Part shown: piece by piece, positions 48,128 through 56,930 of the stretch | Position numbering within the stretch: the first letter of the stretch is position 1 | Layout of the letters: the number at the start of each line of letters is the position of its first letter | Assembly: GCA_944382715.1 (NCBI GenBank) | Contig: CALWNC010000001.1 | Span: forward strand, 224,104 to 288,103 | Length of the DNA stretch: 64,000 nucleotides | Origin: an uncultured Clostridia bacterium | GTDB taxonomy: Bacteria; Bacillota; Clostridia; Christensenellales; UBA1242 | Reading direction: 5' to 3' | Position numbers and translations under genes: made by a program | Notes under the pieces: model-generated | Seen by the model: the letters and a program-made list of their open reading frames with translations, nothing else | Database searches by the model: none | Told to the model about the DNA's origin: nothing

Positions 48128-48947
48128 AGTCTTTTCTCCTTGTAGAGTTTGTTAGATAGTATTTCTCTGGAAGTTCATCATCATTTTCTTGCAAGTATTT
48201 TATGTATCCTTCAAGAGTATTTTCTATTTCCGTACTTTCTTTTAAATCAAAGTCTTCATCAAAGTGTCCTGCATAGAACTTTGGTTTACAGCTTCTGCTA
48301 TCATAACAAGCAAAGACATTGTATTTTGCTACAACAACTTTTTCTTCATAGCAACCTGTATCCTTTTTACCACTAGACATATACCTTTCAAACAAAGCTG
48401 AATTTTCTATTATCCTTATAGTCCATCTAAGTTTGCAAGGTTTACCATATTCATCATAAGAAATTTTAAGTTTTATTATTTCAATAAACTGCGAAAGCTC
48501 TCTAATGTTTACATCAATAAGCATAGGGCGTTGAGTATCAAGAAATATATCAAGATTATTATGCCCGTGTTGTTCATACCATCTGCTTTGCCACTCTGGA
48601 AAATATTTACTCATACGAGAGTTTAAGTATTTTTGTGCTTCCGTTATACCAATAACTTCATACGGAAAATTGAAATGCGTCTTTACATAAGGATTATCAA
48701 AACCCAGTCTAAAAGGGTTTATTATCCTGCTTTTTCTTGGGTTATATCCATACTTTTTAAAGGTTATTGCATAGTTAGAACTAACTACATGCTTTGGTAT
48801 AGATAAATTAAAACCATTGTTATTCTTGTTTTTTATCTCGCTACGCATCATATAACTTCTTTGCTTATCAAACGCATACTCATATAGCAAATGTGTCATA
48901 AAACAAGTTTTTCCAGTTCTTGGTGGTGCAAAAATTATAGTAATCAT
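48120..48947 (-). CDS. Zot / inovirus pI-like P-loop morphogenesis ATPase
   Basis: MITIIFAPPRTGKT (Walker A at the extreme N-terminus). VIGITEAQKYL (Walker B, hhhhxEAQ). HGHNNLDIFLDTQRPMLIDVNIRELSQ matches the Zot-family HRHxGxDiixxTQ block. Confidence 0.65.
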   Translation of the reverse strand: MITIIFAPPRTGKTCFMTHLLYEYAFDKQRSYMMRSEIKNKNNNGFNLSIPKHVVSSNYAITFKKYGYNPRKSRIINPFRLGFDNPYVKTHFNFPYEVIGITEAQKYLNSRMSKYFPEWQSRWYEQHGHNNLDIFLDTQRPMLIDVNIRELSQFIEIIKLKISYDEYGKPCKLRWTIRIIENSALFERYMSSGKKDTGCYEEKVVVAKYNVFACYDSRSCKPKFYAGHFDEDFDLKESTEIENTLEGYIKYLQENDDELPEKYYLTNSTRRKDCA

Positions 48948-49834
48948 AATTCCACCTCACTTTTGGAAAAATCATCTTCTATAACTTCATCATCAATTAC
49001 TTCAAACTTTGCATATAAAGATAAATCACTATTAAGAGTAAATCTATTGTTATACTCATTGCCATTTTTATCTACAAAACAAATAAAGTTTTCATCACTG
49101 AGAATTGGGAGCGTAATTTCTGTTCCTGCTTTAACCTTTATTGTCTTATAAACTCTATTTTCTATGTAAAGAGTGAGTGAGTTATAGTCGCTATCATTTG
49201 TGTATAAACTATCTATTTTAGACACCTTAACAGTAAAATCATTTCTGCTAAAATATGTATTCCATAAACTATTAGTTTCTTCTCCGTTATAGATAAACAC
49301 TTTAAGCCTGCACGAGTTTTTATAGAAATCTAACTCTAACTGCATTGTATCTTCTGCTTTGAGTATCAAGTTTCCATCTAAATCCCTGTCATAAAACGAG
49401 TAGTTATATCTAGCAATTATATATGAGTTATTTTCGCTTATATCTTCACTTAAAATCTCGCAAGGGAAATCATTTACATAGATTATATACTTCTCATTTT
49501 CTTCAAGAGAAATGCTTTCATTTTTGTTAAAAGTAAGCGAAAAATAACCATCTTTATTAGTCAAAACAACATTGTTAAATGAAAATGTTATATCTTCGTT
49601 TAACTCTTCTTCCGTTACTTCGTTTTTAGAAATTAAACTAGATAATTCTCCGTAAATTCCACCACTTGCTGAGTAATAATTGTTAATATGACCATAGCTT
49701 ATTATTGCAGTAAAAACTAAAGCAAATAATAAACAAAGTCCCGTAACAATTCTAACGGGTTTATATTTCCCAAATATTCCAATTAGCAAGATTATAATTA
49801 TTAAAATTAAAACATACTTTAAGTTTCCAAACAT
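48944..49834 (-). CDS. N-terminally membrane-anchored beta-rich protein (virion/assembly candidate)
   Basis: 296 aa with 2 N-terminal TM segments. ATGA overlap with the Zot-like gene. Confidence 0.45.
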   Translation of the reverse strand: MFGNLKYVLILIIIILLIGIFGKYKPVRIVTGLCLLFALVFTAIISYGHINNYYSASGGIYGELSSLISKNEVTEEELNEDITFSFNNVVLTNKDGYFSLTFNKNESISLEENEKYIIYVNDFPCEILSEDISENNSYIIARYNYSFYDRDLDGNLILKAEDTMQLELDFYKNSCRLKVFIYNGEETNSLWNTYFSRNDFTVKVSKIDSLYTNDSDYNSLTLYIENRVYKTIKVKAGTEITLPILSDENFICFVDKNGNEYNNRFTLNSDLSLYAKFEVIDDEVIEDDFSKSEVEL

Positions 49835-51168
49835 AATTCCACCTCACTTAATCGGTAAATTTGTTTGCTACTATCTGTTATTTCATAAATCGTAAAATCT
49901 TTATCTTCTATTATTTTTCTGAGTGTTATTCCAAGTTCGCTTAAATCAAGATTAATTTTCACATAGCATTTATTTTTGTAGTTATTCCAATATGTTTTAA
50001 AGTTATCACTTAACTTTAAGTCATAAACACCAAACGCATCTGTTGAAATAAAATCTAAATCATCTATACCTGCGTTTATAAAGACTTTTCCAACTTGGTA
50101 TTCTGTCATTGTGTTATCTTCTGGCTCTGCGTTATAGTCCATACTCCCTGCATAAGCGTTAAATAAACTTTGAGTAGAACTTGTCATCTTTCCACTATTA
50201 ATCTTAACTTTTATCTTAAAGTAATTTGCAAAGTCGCTATAAAGTTTTACACTTTCATCTTCGGTTATATTTAATTTACCCATTGAACCATCACTATTAA
50301 TTGTATAAAAGTTAAATATGTCTGGCATCTTAACATAGGTTTCAATCGAGTTAGAACTTTCACTTAAACTAGAAAGTGAGTTAGCCATAGACTCAATAAA
50401 ATAGTATAAATCCAACGCCCTGTAATAAGTTGTGTAATCGTAATAGTGGGTAACTTTATTAAAGTTTGTATGCTCCCAGCAATATGTATTATCTCCAACT
50501 TTTGTTAGGTCATCTGTTTGTATCATTTCTTTTCCACTGCTATTAAAATATGTGTCATAGTCTTTAAATTTCATACCATAAACTTTGTTACCTAATGTTA
50601 TTTTAAAACTTTCATTTCCTGTTTTAAGTTCTTCTCCAACTAAAACTGTATCATCATAATTTTGGTATTCGTAAAGGTCAAAATTATCATAGATTTTTTC
50701 GGTTAAAATTACATTGTAGTAACTCTCATAAATTTTAGTTTTAACAATAAAATACAAAGTTTCGTTGTAAGAAAGTTTATCTTTTTCAACGCATTCAGTT
50801 GTAAGTTCTGTGTTGTAAGAACCAGTGTAAGCATCTATATTTTTTACTTTAAAAGGGCTACCTTCTTTCAAAATTAGTTGCACACCTTGACTATAAAAAT
50901 CCGTTGCCGTGCTACTCATAAAATAATTAAATTTAATTTCAAGAACATTATCGAATAAATTAAATTCTGCAAATACTCTTTTATCTTCAATTGTTTCACC
51001 TGTAACTTCATCTAGTTTAGTTGTCTTTAAATCTGACACAATTACTGTTTGGTCTATTGTTTTTTCTTCTCCAAAAAAGTGCAAATAAATATACCAGCCA
51101 TCTAAACCAATACTTACAAATATTATCACTGCAATTATAAAAAACTGCATTTTTTTAAATAAATTCAT
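49819..51168 (-). CDS. N-terminally membrane-anchored beta-rich protein (virion/adsorption candidate)
   Basis: 449 aa with one N-terminal TM segment. Confidence 0.45.
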   Translation of the reverse strand: MNLFKKMQFFIIAVIIFVSIGLDGWYIYLHFFGEEKTIDQTVIVSDLKTTKLDEVTGETIEDKRVFAEFNLFDNVLEIKFNYFMSSTATDFYSQGVQLILKEGSPFKVKNIDAYTGSYNTELTTECVEKDKLSYNETLYFIVKTKIYESYYNVILTEKIYDNFDLYEYQNYDDTVLVGEELKTGNESFKITLGNKVYGMKFKDYDTYFNSSGKEMIQTDDLTKVGDNTYCWEHTNFNKVTHYYDYTTYYRALDLYYFIESMANSLSSLSESSNSIETYVKMPDIFNFYTINSDGSMGKLNITEDESVKLYSDFANYFKIKVKINSGKMTSSTQSLFNAYAGSMDYNAEPEDNTMTEYQVGKVFINAGIDDLDFISTDAFGVYDLKLSDNFKTYWNNYKNKCYVKINLDLSELGITLRKIIEDKDFTIYEITDSSKQIYRLSEVELCLET

Positions 51169-51189
51169 AAAAAACTCCTATTTTTTTAT

Positions 51190-51226
51190 TAAAAAGGCAC
51201 TAAACAGCTATTTTTGCTTAGTGCTT
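51190..51226 (-). terminator. intrinsic terminator after small coat-like gene
   Basis: Minus strand GCACTAAGC ... GCTGTTTAGTGC followed by CTTTTT. Confidence 0.6.
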
Positions 51227-51237
51227 TTCGACTTTTA

Positions 51238-51399
51238 TTATTTTAAAATTCCATTCCAACCAAAGATATTTAATATACTAGATAACCATTTAAAAAAGGT
51301 TTCAAGATAACCAAATACTTTAGCTAAAATAGATAATGGGAATGTCCCAAACAAAACTACTAAACCTACAATAAGGATTATAAAAAATAATGTTTTCAT
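51238..51399 (-). CDS. 53-aa hydrophobic protein, major-coat-protein candidate
   Basis: MKTLFFIILIVGLVVLFGTFPLSILAKVFGYLETFFKWLSSILNIFGWNGILK. GGAG lies 8 nt upstream. Below the ORF-track length cutoff. Followed by a terminator. Confidence 0.5.
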   Translation of the reverse strand: MKTLFFIILIVGLVVLFGTFPLSILAKVFGYLETFFKWLSSILNIFGWNGILK

Positions 51400-51418
51400 A
51401 TTTTTATCTCCTTACATT

Positions 51419-53824
51419 TTAGGTTCGTTCATATCTACTTTCATCTGCATAGTAGGTAAATGTAGAAGTGATTGTTTTAAATACATAGATATTATTTTCA
51501 CAGCTTACAAGTTCTGCAGAAAAACCTGAATACCAGATAAGATAAATTTCATTTCTACTTTCACTGTAAGCCCAGAAACCAATGCTTGAATTATCATTAA
51601 TTTGATAAATAATTTTTTCTTTATTTGAATTTTCAAAATATTGTGTTTCATCTAAATTATCTATTATATATTTAGCAGTTGATGTTTCTTTATAAGTTCT
51701 AAAATATATATTTTCATAGTCATAAATTTCTACATCGTTATATATGTATTCTATATTTAACCTACAATTAGACTTTTCAACTGAAACACTAAATCCCGAT
51801 TCTGTTTCAAAATAATAATATATTTCATCTTCCAAAATTAAATTAAATTTAGTTGTTTCAACATTCATTACACTTTCTGCAATAGGATATAGAATATTAT
51901 CTCTAAATAACCATAATCCACTTATGTCATTATTTTCATTATTAAAATAAAGTGTTCCAATATTAAAACTAATACCTGAAAGTGATTCTAATTTATTTAT
52001 AACATTTTCAGCTTCAACTCTTACATTATCTCTTAAATAATTGTATTGATAAATATAAGTTCCGTTGTAAAGTGTTGCTGGTTTATTATATTGTTTTTCA
52101 AGAACTTCAAGTTCATTAGTTTGTAAATGCAATTTGTAACTACCATTTAAAGATGCAAAAATTACATAGTTAGGAAAACTAGATTCTTCACAATTAAAAA
52201 TAGTGTAATCATCATATCCAAAATAATCATCTCCAAGATGCAATGTATTTGTATTTCTATCATAAATCCAAAAACCTGTTATATAACTCGCACCACCGTT
52301 ATAAATATAGTAATAATTATCGGTCATAAAATAACCATTTAAGTTGTCTGAAACATATTTACTCATTTCTTGCTTATCTTCACTCATATTGTTATAGTTT
52401 GAAATGGTAATTTTATTGAGTGCATTTGAATTGTAATAAATGTCATTTTCATTAGCCGGTTTATCTTCTTTAGTTATTGTTCTTCTTTCAAATTCATATT
52501 TACAAACTGTACAATAAATTACTTCATCATAGGTTGTTTCTGTTTTATTTTCTATTACTTTTTCACCCATAGTATGACTTGGTTCAAGAACGATTTTACT
52601 ACTAGATAAAATCTCTTTACAATTCAAACAATATGTTTCTTGAAGAATATAACCTTCAACATAACAAGTAGGTTCTATGCGTTCAACAACTTCTGTTTTA
52701 CCTTTCTTATGTCCACTTGGTTTTACTATTACATTAGTCTGTGAAATAAGTTCTCCATCTACTGTGCAGTAAACACAAATAGAGTAACTTCCTTCAGTAG
52801 TGCAGGTTGCTTTAATTAAGTTTTCTATAATTTCTTCGCCTGGAATATGTTCATGCACATTTGGATTTTTATCAAGATAATTTCTAAATTTATTAAGTTC
52901 ATTTATAGTGTCATTTATCTTATTTTCAATTTCTTGCATTTCATTTTCAAGCATAGAAACTTCTTCTTCTAAAACCACAATACGTTTTTCAATAGCATCT
53001 AACTGTGTCATATAATTTTGCATTCTTTCTGAAAAAACTGCATTTTCTGCTTCTTTTTCTTGAATTTTGCTATCATTTTCGTCAATTTGCGATTTTATTT
53101 GCTCATATTGCGATTTTTCTTCATCAGTTGCTGTGTTTTTTTCTATCTTAATAATAAGATTATAATAGGTTACATAATACTCTTTATTAATCTCATAAAG
53201 GTTATTAATTATAGTCCTATTATCTTCAATATCTCTTTGAATATTAATGATTAAATCTCCAGTATTTTTCTTTTCTTCATTTAAGTTTTTAAGCTCATCA
53301 TTAATATCTTTGATTCTATCTGTGTTGTCTTTTTTGGTTTCTTCATATTCTTTTTGTAAGTCTTCAAGGTCATTTTCTAAGCCTATAACTTTGTCTTGAA
53401 TTATAGCATCTATCTCAGATTCATCTTGATTTTCTACATAGTCAAATAGAAGTTCCCAAACTTCTTCCACTTCTAAAACTAGGGCATCTATTTGAGCATT
53501 AAGTTCTTCTTTTTGCTTTTCAAGTACAGCCACTTTTTGCTCTAAAATTGTAACTCTATTTTCAAGTTCTTGTATTCTAGCATTTAAGATTTTATCTTCT
53601 TGCTTATACTTTTCGATTTCACCTTTTAAGGTTTCAATCTCTGTTTTTAATGACTTAACATACTCGTCATTTTCATAGTCTATTTCATTGGATTTTTGTA
53701 TGTGAAAAAGTTGGTTAACGAAGTTTTGAAAACCACTGTTACTATGATACAAAACTTCGCCACCAACTCCTATAAGAAGTACACAAACTAAAATCCAAAA
53801 TATAATTTTTTGAATTTTATCCAT
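51419..53824 (-). CDS. membrane-anchored coiled-coil protein with CxxC-repeat region and C-terminal beta-repeat domain
   Basis: 801 aa. N-terminal TM, ~300-aa heptad-rich region, three TC..EG......C..C units, and three G(F/L)W(I/L/A)(Y/F) repeats. Confidence 0.5.
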   Translation of the reverse strand: MDKIQKIIFWILVCVLLIGVGGEVLYHSNSGFQNFVNQLFHIQKSNEIDYENDEYVKSLKTEIETLKGEIEKYKQEDKILNARIQELENRVTILEQKVAVLEKQKEELNAQIDALVLEVEEVWELLFDYVENQDESEIDAIIQDKVIGLENDLEDLQKEYEETKKDNTDRIKDINDELKNLNEEKKNTGDLIINIQRDIEDNRTIINNLYEINKEYYVTYYNLIIKIEKNTATDEEKSQYEQIKSQIDENDSKIQEKEAENAVFSERMQNYMTQLDAIEKRIVVLEEEVSMLENEMQEIENKINDTINELNKFRNYLDKNPNVHEHIPGEEIIENLIKATCTTEGSYSICVYCTVDGELISQTNVIVKPSGHKKGKTEVVERIEPTCYVEGYILQETYCLNCKEILSSSKIVLEPSHTMGEKVIENKTETTYDEVIYCTVCKYEFERRTITKEDKPANENDIYYNSNALNKITISNYNNMSEDKQEMSKYVSDNLNGYFMTDNYYYIYNGGASYITGFWIYDRNTNTLHLGDDYFGYDDYTIFNCEESSFPNYVIFASLNGSYKLHLQTNELEVLEKQYNKPATLYNGTYIYQYNYLRDNVRVEAENVINKLESLSGISFNIGTLYFNNENNDISGLWLFRDNILYPIAESVMNVETTKFNLILEDEIYYYFETESGFSVSVEKSNCRLNIEYIYNDVEIYDYENIYFRTYKETSTAKYIIDNLDETQYFENSNKEKIIYQINDNSSIGFWAYSESRNEIYLIWYSGFSAELVSCENNIYVFKTITSTFTYYADESRYERT

Positions 53825-53837
53825 TATCTACTTCTCC

Positions 53838-54191
53838 TTAAATATTTCTTACTAACATATTAAGCAACGACTTATCTGATGCTCTAGATGGTTTAACCTT
53901 GCACTCATAAGCTGTTCCATCTTCATCATAAGAGCGAACCATATATGAAAAGCCTTTAATAGCATTTCCACCAGCATCTTTAAACTCAAATGGTGTTGCG
54001 ATAAAGTCTGCTTCCTTTTGTCCTGCAAACACAATATCGAGTACAGTATATCCACCAAGATCTGGTGGGGTCATTAAGATTTTTACATCTATACCCCTAA
54101 TATTTCCTTTTACAAAGTATGAAAAGTATGATTTACCATTCTTTTCAAATGTTTCTCTTTCAACTTTAATTGTTCCTAAATTTTGTTCCAT
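53838..54191 (-). CDS. hypothetical beta-rich protein (ssDNA-binding candidate by position only)
   Basis: 117 aa. RBS AAGGAG. Confidence 0.4.
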   Translation of the reverse strand: MEQNLGTIKVERETFEKNGKSYFSYFVKGNIRGIDVKILMTPPDLGGYTVLDIVFAGQKEADFIATPFEFKDAGGNAIKGFSYMVRSYDEDGTAYECKVKPSRASDKSLLNMLVRNI

Positions 54192-54212
54192 AAATTACAC
54201 TCCTTAATTTTT

Positions 54213-54500
54213 TTATTTTCCAATTCTTCTCGAAATGGCTTTTGCTTCATCTTTCGACTTTCCTTGATTTAAAGCGTTTTTATATTTGTAAGCCCCAGCA
54301 TGGTCGCTTTGGCATTGAAGATAACCTGAGCGAAGACCTGCTTCGTAATCTGTAAGCTCTAAACCTTCCTTAGGTCCATGTTGGTGGACTTTAGTTTTAC
54401 GCTCATTTGCATAATCCTTTGCTCTTTTATTAGGAACTCTCCAACGGCGTTCCCTTACTTGAGTAACTTCTGTTACTTCTACTTCTTTATTTTTAGACAT
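54213..54500 (-). CDS. hypothetical basic protein
   Basis: 95 aa. RBS AAGGAGAA. Confidence 0.45.
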   Translation of the reverse strand: MSKNKEVEVTEVTQVRERRWRVPNKRAKDYANERKTKVHQHGPKEGLELTDYEAGLRSGYLQCQSDHAGAYKYKNALNQGKSKDEAKAISRRIGK

Positions 54501-54743
54501 TTTTTTCTCCTTAAATTTAAAATTTTATTTGTTTAACCTAAATTAGGTTTAATTGTTTGTTACATTTGTAACTATTAAGTTGTAGTTGTAATCTCATCAA
54601 GAACTTCAAAACAGATTGTCTTTTGCGATAACTCGTAGGTGGCCACCATTACTGAATTCAACGCTGTAACATCGTTTATTGTTTTGTCCTTGCCTTATTG
54701 ATTACACCTGCAGTATAAAACAAATTTCACAGACACACCATAG

Positions 54744-54816
54744 ACTTTATGCTTAGTTTATGAGTACTTTATATGCACTTTATACGGATTTTATATGTAC
54801 TTTGTACGGACTTTAT
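54744..54816 (+). repeat. iteron array A: 7 x 11-bp phased ACTTTAT heptamers
   Basis: Heptamers at 54744 ACTTTAT, 54755 AGTTTAT, 54766 ACTTTAT, 54777 ACTTTAT, 54788 ATTTTAT, 54799 ACTTTGT, 54810 ACTTTAT. Confidence 0.85.
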
Positions 54817-54834
54817 ATTGCTTACTAATTTTAA

Positions 54835-54876
54835 AAAAACACAAAAAAATACCATTACTTAACTGCAATGGTATTT
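54835..54876 (-). terminator. intrinsic terminator after sigma-like gene
   Basis: AAATACCATT (54847-54856) / AATGGTATTT (54867-54876) with a U-run on the minus strand. Confidence 0.7.
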
Positions 54877-54899
54877 CATCTATTTATAGTAAATTAAAC

Positions 54900-55208
54900 T
54901 TACGCTTCCTTTTTTTCTATAAATTTATCTTTAAAGAATAAAACTAATTTACGATTTAATTTTTGTATATAATCATAAGAAAAACCTAACTTATCTGCTA
55001 ATGTTTCAAATGTGTTGTTATTGATATATAGCGAATAATAAATTTCATATAATCTTGCTGGAGCAAATCTAATCGCATCATTATATTTAATTATTTTACT
55101 TGCAATAGATGCTGTCCCTAATTCTTTTGATGCTGTATCAAACATATTTTTTCTTGAATAATAAAATCTTATTTCTTTTAATTCTTCTCTAATTTCATTG
55201 GTTGTCAT
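54900..55208 (-). CDS. sigma-70 region-4-like small regulator (late-activator candidate)
   Basis: 102 aa. NNTFETLADKLGFSYDYIQKLNRKLVLFF is an HTH. RBS AAAGGAGAA. Confidence 0.45.
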   Translation of the reverse strand: MTTNEIREELKEIRFYYSRKNMFDTASKELGTASIASKIIKYNDAIRFAPARLYEIYYSLYINNNTFETLADKLGFSYDYIQKLNRKLVLFFKDKFIEKKEA

Positions 55209-55394
55209 AACTATAATTCTCCTTTCGCTTTAATTAGGGCATAAAAAAACACCCTTTCGATTGGTAATTTCTTTCGAGAATTACATTCGTCAAGGATTTA
55301 TAACCTTTTACACGAATCTTACTTATTTCGTAGTGATCTATGGTCTTACTAAGTTTACTCTGCCATAAGTTTGCAAAATAAGCGAAAAAACATT

Positions 55395-55583
55395 TTAGTT
55401 TTCAACAAATAATTTGCGTATTCTAATTTTTATTTTTCTATTAGATACTTGTTTTAATGAGATAATTGCTTTACAAACTGGACATTGACCCATCTCTTTT
55501 CCATTATGTTTCGTACACATTACATAATTAGAACATTCAGGACATCTAATGTTTCGTTTTGTATTACTGCTTAACTCACGCAT
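55395..55583 (-). CDS. Com-like zinc-ribbon protein
   Basis: 62 aa counted from the ATG at 55583, which follows AAGGAG. IRCPECSNYV...GQCPVCKAII are two CxxC pairs. Confidence 0.45.
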   Translation of the reverse strand: MRELSSNTKRNIRCPECSNYVMCTKHNGKEMGQCPVCKAIISLKQVSNRKIKIRIRKLFVEN

Positions 55584-55725
55584 AATATCAACTCCTTTTT
55601 TTCTTCTCATAGCATAAAAACTTGTATTTGAAAAACTTACTATGTGGTTGAGAAATCCATCATCTAAATTTTCCAATCTTTATGCCCTTATAAAAACATA
55701 CTTTCGGGGCTTCGTATGTAATTAC

Positions 55726-56334
55726 TTACTTTAATTCTTTTATAACTCTAACAGCGACACCTTGAATAACTATATTTTCAAAATACATATCTTCCATTTC
55801 GTTATTTTCTGGGTGTAATCTTATCATTTGTTTATCTTTATCTATATAGTATCTTTTAAGTGTTACTTCATTATCTACAAGTGCTACTATGATTTGTCCT
55901 TCCTGTGCTGATTCTTCTTTTCGTATTATTACATAATCTCCATCTTCAACACCTGCATTAATCATACTATTACCACTAGCTCTTAATATAAAAAACTCTC
56001 CTTTCCCTAAAAGTTCTTTTGGCATTGCTAAATAGTCTTCTATATTTTCTTCTGCTAATATTGGAGTTCCACAAGCGATAGTTCCAACAACTGGTATAGA
56101 TATTGTATCGTAATTTATTCTACTCATTGCTTTGGTTACAACACCATACTTTTTATCTTGTTTATCTATCATACCCATTTTCTTCATTTCACATAAATAG
56201 GAACTCACTCTGCTTTTAGATGTTTGAAGTGCATTTGCAGTTTCTCTAACTGTTGGCACTCTGTTATTCTTTATAAAAAAATCATCAATATATGATTCTA
56301 TTTTTTTCATTAGTTCTATGCTTTTTGTACGCAT
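55726..56334 (-). CDS. LexA-family S24 repressor
   Basis: 202 aa. N-terminal wHTH, VVGTIACGTPILAEENIEDY linker/cleavage region, ASGNSMINAGVEDGDYVIIRK (Ser), VTLKRYY (Lys), LHPENNEM. Confidence 0.8.
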   Translation of the reverse strand: MRTKSIELMKKIESYIDDFFIKNNRVPTVRETANALQTSKSRVSSYLCEMKKMGMIDKQDKKYGVVTKAMSRINYDTISIPVVGTIACGTPILAEENIEDYLAMPKELLGKGEFFILRASGNSMINAGVEDGDYVIIRKEESAQEGQIIVALVDNEVTLKRYYIDKDKQMIRLHPENNEMEDMYFENIVIQGVAVRVIKELK

Positions 56335-56347
56335 ACTTTTTCTCCTA

Positions 56348-56401
56348 TATAGGACATTTGTCCTATAATGGTATTATATATTCTTTATCTTTGTTTGTCA
56401 A
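56348..56401 (-). promoter_or_regulatory. consensus promoter plus SOS-box-like operator of the LexA-like gene
   Basis: Minus strand: TTGACA (56401-56396), 17-nt spacer, TATAAT (56378-56373), then the palindrome TATAGGACAaaTGTCCTATA (56367-56348). Confidence 0.65.
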
Positions 56402-56466
56402 CATTAAAATAAAGAAATTATAAAATTTAAGGTGGAATTTTTGATTTATTTTCTTTATTAAAGAAA

Positions 56467-56574
56467 TTATAAATCAATTCTTCTAGTCCTTCTGCAATAC
56501 AGTTTATATCTCCATCTTTCATATTAGATAAATCTGGTATTACATTTTCAGGTTTTAATTTTATTTTTTCCATT
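56467..56574 (-). CDS. possible 35-aa basic peptide
   Basis: MEKIKLKPENVIPDLSNMERWRYKLYCRRTRRIDL, preceded by AAGGAGG 6 nt upstream. No other support. Confidence 0.25.
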
Positions 56575-56629
56575 ACCGTCCTCCTTTTGTAGTTTTAATC
56601 TAACACAAGGCTATACGGAATGTATGAGT

Positions 56630-56680
56630 ACTTTGGTTGCATTTTATATGCAATTTATACTTACATTACACTTACTTTAT
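56630..56680 (+). repeat. iteron array B: ~5 x 11-bp phased ACTTTAT-like heptamers
   Basis: Heptamers at 56630 ACTTTGG, 56641 ATTTTAT, 56652 AATTTAT, 56663 degenerate, 56674 ACTTTAT. Shares TATGAGTACTTT and ACTTTATACGGA with array A. Confidence 0.7.
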
Positions 56681-56930
56681 ACGGACAAAAGGTGGACTAA
56701 ATACTGACACCTTATTTTTTTCATTGGTTATTGTATCAGAGAATGCTCGGCTGTCAAAGGAAAATAAATATCGCTTAAAACACTATACTTTATTATTTAA
56801 AAGTCAATATTTATTTTCTTTTTCTTTGACATCCTACACATTCCCTGATGAAAGTTTTCTTGTTGAAAAAATTTTCAACAAAGGTTTATATTAGTTTTTT
56901 TGTTGTAATTGAAGTGTATCTATACTGCAT

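Noticed and set aside
56637-56894. 85-aa plus-strand ORF between iteron arrays B and C
   Set aside because: It starts inside the repeat array at a TTG with no RBS, and its composition is low-complexity and Phe/Leu/Tyr-rich, typical of AT-rich non-coding DNA.
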